Source of the DNA: Podarcis filfolensis
Taxonomy: Eukaryota
Reading direction: 5' to 3' (one strand)
NCBI GenBank assembly: GCA_964270895.1
Contig: OZ185439.1
Length of the DNA: 64,000 nucleotides
Both the position numbers and the translations under genes were made by a program. Numbering within the stretch: the stretch's first letter is position 1; every line of letters begins with the position of its first letter. Below, in pieces: positions 57,101 to 64,000 of the stretch. The notes under the pieces are model-generated. The model ran no database searches. It was not told where the DNA came from and saw nothing but the letters and a program-made list of their open reading frames with translations.

Positions 57101-60100
57101 GACTGAAGCTGTTCAGGGCTTTAAGAACCCTGAAGGTGATGCAGTAGCATACAAGTAGCCCATGCAGGTATTTTATGTGATTATATAGTTTTAAAACTAT
57201 ATAGATCATTTTCACCCATCTAAAGTACGGTCAAGGTGCAATCATGTTAGAAGCTAAACTAAAGTTTTCCATGCAACAATTCAGTGTGCATAACCACAAC
57301 TAAAGATTTGTCAAAGGGGGCCTAAAGCGACCATAAATCGTAACAGAACACTGTGGCTGTTTATTCCACAGCTGCTAGGGTCTAAAATTATTTTTCCCAA
57401 TAACTTGTGTTTTTTTTTAATGTTATATTATGTAAGACTACTGGGCGATACCTAAAGTTCTGTGATGAACATCTACTCAAGCAACAAAACTGCCACTTCC
57501 TCTTCTCTCCCTGCTCTAACAGTTTTTAAGCCTACACATTTCCCCTGAAAACTGGATTAAGACTACTTTGAGTTAAAAAACTGTTTTCCTAAAAGAAAGA
57601 TATCAATGAGGAAGAATCTGCACAATAAATTATAATCATGCACCATATTTATTTTTGTGCACTTCCTACTACTTAGGGACTAGTTTCTCAACAGGATAAT
57701 CCGCTGAGTCCATGTAGGTTATCTTGCATTCCTATTCTATAGACTCAAACAATCTGAGTTCTGCAGTGTGTTTCAAATTGTACAACTATTAACTTAACAG
57801 CATGTACATTTATTTTCCAGCTCTTAGAGAAACATTATTTTGCCCAGGAACTAGCAGTCCTTGATTTTAGTTACTTACAGCCTGATCTGCTGAATACGTA
57901 GTCTTAAAATAAGTCACATTTTGTTCAATGGGACTCACATTTTTAAAAATATACTCTGGGGGCAGAATGGCTGTAGTTTATTTTTATGTGTGTTGTTCAC
58001 ACAGTTTATGTTTATAGAGTTGTTTAATTTTGTTTTGTGTCAGAGATGGAGTGTTTCTATAATTTGTATAGACAAAATGACTGGAACTCAGAAAAAATGT
58101 AGGAGGAAGGAAAACAACTGTAACAACAGGGGTACAGTAACTTACTGCCCTGAGTTGACCCATGGAAAAGGTTATTTCTGCAACCACCACAATTTTGACT
58201 TAATTCTCCTGTATTGTCTATGTTTTTCCAAAGAAACTTGTCATCGCTATTTCTCTACAATCACGAGGGATGAAAAATATGTTCCCACAATGAGAGAATA
58301 AACAAAAAATCCTGTTCAAAACTCACTTGAATACTTTTTAAATTGGCACTCAAGAAGCCATAAATACCCATGTTCTGTTGGAAATAACAAGACCAGGGGT
58401 ACAAACTGCTGTTAAAACAGAAGAATCCTGTTACATACCTGACTTTTTTTAGACCACAGCTACTGATCAACTGAAGGTTTTGCACTTCCAGTAAAAACCA
58501 AATACAATAACTGTATACATCATACATCAACAGTGTGCTGCTATCTGAACAAGACCAGAGTTCATTCTTCTTAAGTTGGAACTGCACATTGTAAGAAATG
58601 GTGGCCAGTTGAGAGCTTCCCTCCAACTCTCTGCATAACATGAGACACAGTCCATCCTGTGTCTCAATTCCCTATACTGAGTGTTACCAAGTGTCTACCA
58701 GCAACGGCCAGATGTGGGAAAGAAAGGTGGGGTACAGAGAAACACAAGGTAATGACATCAGAACATGGGTAAGTTGTAGTGCATTATACTCAACATAAGT
58801 GGAAAAATAGATGGCATTCCATTACCAGGTTTAATATTTTATAGACTTAGGGAGATTCTAAATATGCATGACCATTGCTTGCCAAGGTCATGCCCCAAGG
58901 GGGGGTCATGCTATCTGGCAAGCTGCAATGCACAAATAGAATGACTGGAAGTGTGCGACATTGAATTCCACCCTAAGGTTCCATATCATACTATCATCTC
59001 TCACATAGTACTTTTCACAGATATATATATATATATATTTAACCCACCCCAGAAGCATTAGTCTGCAATAGCTATTGACTGGCTGTTAATATATGGGAAG
59101 AAGCATAATTACAGCAACCAAAAAAAGTTTAACTGGAGATGCTAGGACAGGGGTCAGCAAACTTTTTCAGCAGGGGGCCAGTCCACTGTCTCTCGGACCT
59201 TGTGGGGGGCCAGACTATATTTTTGGGGGGAAATGAAGGAATTCTTATGCCCCACAAATAACCCAGAGATGCATTTTAAATAAAAGGACACATTCTATTC
59301 ATGTAAAAACACGCTGATTCCCAGACCATTTGCGGGTTGGATTTAGTAGGTGATTAGGCTGGATTTGGCCCCAGGGCCTTCGTTTGCCTTACCCATGTGC
59401 TAGGAGCTGAACCAGAAATCTTTGGTATGTGAAAGCTACACTCTACAACCGAGCTATGACCAAATTTTATCTTGAAATGACGTACTGACTGAATGATGTG
59501 TTCTGCATTAACAAACTAATGACCACAACCTCATAGCAAATAGTAATGCTTCAAGTAGCACATTCAACTATGACTTTAAGCCCTATGCAGCTGCTCAAAT
59601 TTGTCCCAGATTAATATATGCCTTAACTGACTTGAAGTTTCATGTTCAAAATTCAGTATTTATTCCCTAAAGAAAATAAGGCATAGAAAGTAAATAATCA
59701 CTAGCCATCTACTAGATGGCTACTTCTGCTTGATTTTAGTTTTCCTATACCTGCCTTTAAAATGCCATATATATCCTTCTGTGATCACAATTCTTTGCAA
59801 ACATACTCAAACATTCCATTGTGTTCCATGGGCTTATTAAGGATTGCAGCCTTAATGGAGCAATTTCTTATATTAGAAAATATACATTCAGCAACAAACT
59901 ATCAGGTTTGGACTTCTTTGCTTACAAAATGAAATTTTAATGAGCTCTCTCCAACCATGTGTGCCCCCCAGCAGCCCCCCAATGTGCCCCAGAGAGTTAG
60001 AAGATCACCCAGAGCATTTGGGAGGCATGTGGGGGAGAGCAGAAGGGAGGAGGACCAGAAGCTGAATTTCATTGCTGCAATGGAAGTATGCTTGTAAGAC

Positions 60101-63100
60101 TTCAGATTTCACACACTTTAGTTTAGTGGTTTAACAAAAAAATTTTTTGTCACAGTAGTACTAAGACTTGGCTATAAATATTTAATTTTAAATGCTCGTG
60201 AAAACTAGGAACATAGGAAGCTGCCTTATGCAGACTCAGACCGTTGGTCAATCTAGCACAGTACTACACTGGCTGGCAGTAGATCTCCCAGGCTTCACAC
60301 AAGGGTCTCTCCCAGTCCTGCTGGAAGATACTGAATATTGAACCTGGAACCTTCTGTATGCAGATGCTTTACCACTGAGCCAAGGAATCACCAACATGAT
60401 GCTTATTTTAGGTATTAAATGGAGTCAGATTTTACAAAATATGCAATGGGTTGGATTCAGGTTCAGTCATGCACGGACTGAAACCAAGGAAACTTACATT
60501 AATCATGACTAAGAATGACTAAGTCTGGATCCAAACCAATACGCAGAACCTAAGATGTATTAAAGGGGTCCTCTCTTGTGCTACAGCCTGTAAAACATAA
60601 ACACCCATAAGCTGCAGGTAGTATACTTTTTTGTAATTTCTCAGCCACTAAAATAAAGGATTCTTAAAAATGAGAGATAATCTGACCCCTTTTCATTATC
60701 CAAGCTAAGGTAGAGAAATAATAGGCAACATGAATAGGAATAGTTCAGTCCAGTGAGTACTTTTTCACTAACTTGGGCATATTTACTGATGTCCCTATGA
60801 TAACATACTTGTGTGTAACTTAAGTATCCAGGTTATAAAATGTTTTTCATGCACAGCACCTTGCTCACATGGGATAGTTTGAACCATACCAAGTTAACTC
60901 TAAAGTGTTGGTATTTACCAAGGCATTCCCATATTGGGAATGAGGGAGTGGGGTGGGGCAGGGAATTGAAGAACAGAGAAGAGTTACCTTACCATAGTAT
61001 TATTAGCAATGATAAATTCTCAACATTTCAATTCATTATAGTATAACATGGTATAGTTATGCAAAACTGGTAGGAAAAGGAACCAGAAAAATATTTTGAA
61101 AGAGAAAACCAAAACAGAACTAAAACCAGAAGCTTTAGGAAGAAGAACAAAGCCAAAACTCAATCACTGAAATAAGTATTGTACTTACACTTAAAGAAAA
61201 CATACCTTTTAAGCAGTGAGAATATGCTACCAAGGCCAATAAAAGAAAGAGTATAGTGTGAAATGCTTTTTTAAAAAAGACATTATTTTGCAGCCATGCA
61301 AGTGATGCATTTTCCAAATTTCACATTCATACATGCAGGTTAGAAAAGTTTCATCTGACAAAAAGGTGTATTGAGAACTGAAGAAAAAGAGGATGTTATC
61401 CTAGATTTTGAAAATGAACATTGGCAACAACTGCAATGAGAGTTTCCAATAACACTCAGGTTCTTACGATTAATATAACAAATGAAGAAAAAACCTGCTC
61501 AAATAGTTTATAAAATTTGAGAACTCACTGATGGGATAAAAGTGAAAGCTTTTGTCCCCCCCCCCCCCAATAAAAATGAAAAAAGTATATTAAAACTTTC
61601 TATTTAAATTTGGGGAAGCTATGTGTGCATATCTTTCTGGTGCATGCCAAATTACTGTTTTACTTTGTGTAAGGTTTTCTACTTGCAAGATTTCTAAAGC
61701 AGAAAAGCAGGACACAAATATTAAATAAAAAACAAACAAAATTCCTCCTGACTGTGAGCAGCCCATGGTAAGGTGGTGCTTCACACATGTACTGGAGCTT
61801 GACAAACTCTTAGATCAGGATTACTACCATAGAAGTTTGAACATACAGAATCAATTATTAGTCTTTTAAGGCAGTAGGTTTAGGTTTGCTTCCTCCAACC
61901 ACCCTTGGTTTCAAATTAGTACAAAGACTTGAAGGAGGAAGGGATTTAAGGCTTTGCTTCCCCACTAAAAGCTCCTTTGAACTGGCTTTGGAAGAAACTG
62001 CAAACTGAGGATTCTGCAGTTATCTGAACCCCAACCTAGGCCCTTCACATTGTAAAAACAAGTTATGGCAAAGCAGGTGAACCTTTCATTTGCACAGGTG
62101 TCCTCAGCACCCCCCGCACCTCTAAGAGGATCACAGGGTCTATGGCTGCTAAACAAAGAAAGTTATTTGGGTAATATTCTCTAGTATGGCTAAGATTCTC
62201 AAAAGCTAACACAAAAATATTCCACTAGCAGAATGTGACAGAGGAGCAGACTTCTGATCTGTAGTCTGATAAGACAGTTACATAAACAAGAGAGGGTCCA
62301 GACACAACTGGGTTAAAAAAATGTAATTTATAAGAAAATAACACTTATTTTGGTGTGAAAAGGAAACAAAAAATGAATAAATACCTGGCTCATATGTAAA
62401 TAGGTCTTACAACTTAAATTGTATAAAAATAGTATTTGCACACCCACCTCCAATTAACTGGTGGATTGACAACAAACAAAGACTCTGTATTTTTTTGAAA
62501 GAGTCTCTCCCCCATGCAGCAGATCTTAAGAACAGATTTTTTCCAGTTTCTGTCCAGAGCTACTATATGACTTGCCTTTCAATGTAGGTTTTTCTTATCA
62601 CAATAATCAGAGGAATAGCAGATAGGACTCAGCTGAGATGAATGTCAATAAAAGCATTTTCATCTAGATCCCCCTCAATATTAGTGGACCTTGAATTTTT
62701 AGTTTATTAAGGCCATTTTGGGATTTGTGTTTAAAACATTTCAAACTCTCAGTTGCGTTCAAAAAGAATAAAAACTCTCCCACTGAAAGCAAGAGGATTT
62801 AAACAATCAACTTTGTCTAGAGTATGAAGCTATGTTTGTAGCACTTTGTTGCCCTTCTGTTCTTGGATTTCCAATGAGAGTGAGACTGACATTTTAAGTC
62901 ACTGTTCAGTTGTTTCACTCTTGACCAAAGAAATAAGACAACTAAGCTCCATGAAATGTGAAGTTTGGAAATGTCATTCGCAAATAGCAAAAGCAAAAAA
63001 AAAAAAAAAAAAGAGTTAATTTTATTTCATGTAATTTAAGCAAACCAAAACCAATTAACTAGGAAATGAAAGGGAAGTAAAAAGCAGTAAACTGGGCAGA

Positions 63101-63278
63101 ATCAGTGATGGCCAATCACCTGCGATTTTCATCCAGCACATCCAAGACTTGCTGGTAAGCCCTACGGGTAGAAGACTGGATAAGCGACAATATGCCCCGA
63201 GCAGAGTAAAGATTAGATCCATCTTCAGAGAACATTTGGGGTGGACAGACACGAACCTGTTGAGGTGATGGTGTCACA
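51050..63278 (-). CDS. MFF: Mitochondrial fission factor, 3' part only: join(63278..63120,56486..56427,52689..52605,51181..51050)
   Basis: Exons encode SARGILSLIQSSTRRAYQQVLDVLDENR, PVLRGGSAAATS, VVDAVSLRRQ and the coiled-coil/tail anchor IIKLNRRLQLLEEENKERAKREMIMYSITVAFWLLNSWLWFRR*. Upstream exons are outside the window. Confidence 0.96.
51892..52247 (-). mobile_element. Young full-length Sauria SINE in the last MFF intron
   Basis: GGGACGCGGGTGGCGCTGTGG start, perfect B box GGTTCGAATCC, CpGs retained, perfect 13-bp TSD GTTTGTTTGTTTA (51879-91 and 52248-60). Confidence 0.92.
52605..52689 (-). CDS. MFF: MFF penultimate coding exon (85 nt)
   Basis: YTLSNMDTTFEGTPEDVTVVDAVSLRRQ; donor gtaatt. 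Confidence 0.94.
53110..53239 (-). mobile_element. tRNA-Lys-derived SINE with a CR1-like tail
   Basis: The reverse complement of 53178-53239 is TAGCTCCGTCAGTACAGCATGAGACTCTTAATCTCAGGGTCATGGGTCTGAGCCCCACATTG, close to tRNA-Lys(CTT); tail ggaagggacc...catctattccaacccc. Confidence 0.7.
53420..53836 (+). mobile_element. L2 LINE RT C-terminal fragment, decayed
   Basis: QPVLDGVALPWKEQVHSLGVCLDSTLLLEAQVARSAF..L..ARQL then HALV..RLDCCN..QFKVLV. Confidence 0.8.
55719..55975 (-). mobile_element. CR1 LINE 3' end
   Basis: atagaatcatagaa tail and ggaagggatcccaagggccatctagtccaacccc...gttccactgctgaacagctcttactgttagaaa. Confidence 0.75.
56427..56486 (-). CDS. MFF: MFF cassette-type exon (60 nt, phase 2-2)
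   Basis: ccctag|GCCAGTG...GCCAG|gtaaat; encodes PVLRGGSAAATSSNPHHDA. Confidence 0.92.
59148..59397. mobile_element. MER30-like hAT element
   Basis: CAGGGGTCAGCAAAC...GTTTGCCTTACCCATG ends; perfect 8-bp TSD TGCTAGGA (59140-47 and 59398-405). Confidence 0.85.
60207..60380 (-). mobile_element. Squam3-like tRNA-derived SINE
   Basis: aggaacataggaagctgcc tail and gaacctggaaccttctgtatgcagatgctttaccactgagc head; parallels 26888-27060. Confidence 0.65.
63120..63278 (-). CDS. MFF: MFF cassette-type exon (159 nt, phase 2-2)
   Basis: aacag|TGTGACA...CGCAG|gtgatt; encodes VTPSPQQVRVCPPQMFSEDGSNLYSARGILSLIQSSTRRAYQQVLDVLDENR. Confidence 0.93.
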
Positions 63279-64000
63279 CTGTTTGTGCAAGTGTAGCAAA
63301 TGAAGAGAGAAACACTAGTGTCAGGTTTCAGATAGGAAAAAAAATCATCCATCAACCAACCCTTTTTGAAAAATTAAAGCTGACCCCCATTTTTTCTTCT
63401 TCCTTCCCCATCAACAGATTAAAAACCACATCAAGGAAATGTTAGTGGGTATCTTGTGAACTGACTCTTGGAACCCTTTATATGAGGCAAAATATCAAGG
63501 ATAATGGCTTTGATTCATTGTGATCAAAGACTACTAAAAACCAGAGGCATGATAATAAGCAGGTCTGTATTAAAAACACAGGACACAACAGCACTCTTCA
63601 GCAGATAGTAAAGACAGATTTGGATTCACTGTATGTCAGAATCATACAGTACAGATCACAGCCTCAAATATATCCAAGTTACTCAGAGACTGGAGGAGAG
63701 TATGTTGAAAACATTCTGAAAAACAGAAGCCTATATAAAACAAGAGTGACATAAACATACTAGTTTGATTGATTGTTTTTTGCAAATACAGGGCTATGTG
63801 AAAAACATGCAAATATAGGACTACAAAAGAAACATGCAAGATAGCAAAAACACTGGTGAAGGCTTCTTATATCCCAAATATTCCAATAAGCAAAAATTTC
63901 TTTTAGCATTTATCCTGAAAGCAAGAGGCTGAGGATTAACCAAAAAAATTGCATCAAAAGCACTCATTGCCTATAAGACAAATGAAAGTGCAATTCAGCA

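Noticed and set aside
57921-58641. Two 126-aa ORFs in the MFF intron
   Set aside because: Non-ATG or weak starts, composition typical of AT-rich noncoding DNA, and no family match.
1-64000. CRISPR arrays, operons, rRNA, endogenous virus
   Set aside because: No regularly spaced repeat-spacer array, rRNA or viral gag/pol/env signature was seen; the window is intron-rich vertebrate DNA.

Overview
This is AT-rich vertebrate genomic DNA, very likely from a squamate (lizard), because it carries Sauria-type SINEs plus CR1, L2 and hAT/Tc-mariner relics. Four protein-coding genes could be reconstructed by hand with GT-AG junctions and consistent reading frames. (1) A thiamine transporter 2-like SLC19 gene on + (5 coding exons, 160..6711). 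It is SLC19A3 or possibly the adjacent paralog SLC19A4. (2) AGFG1 on - (13 exons plus a 75-nt cassette exon, 36788..11511). (3) MRPL44 on - (4 exons, 46874..40531). (4) The 3' part of MFF on - (4 exons, 63278..51050; the rest lies beyond the window). The most interesting points are: the intact SLC19 gene occupies the position of the human pseudogene SLC19A4P/C2orf83 and lacks the usual M-D-C start; MRPL44 sits between MFF and AGFG1 where human has TM4SF20; a young Tc2-like MITE carries a perfect 62-bp palindrome; a Sauria SINE has a 41-bp flanking duplication; and there are candidate hairpin-masked or poison exons in AGFG1 and MFF. I found no prokaryote-type system and no clearly novel multi-gene system. 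All human-gene comparisons are from memory and need confirming by alignment.
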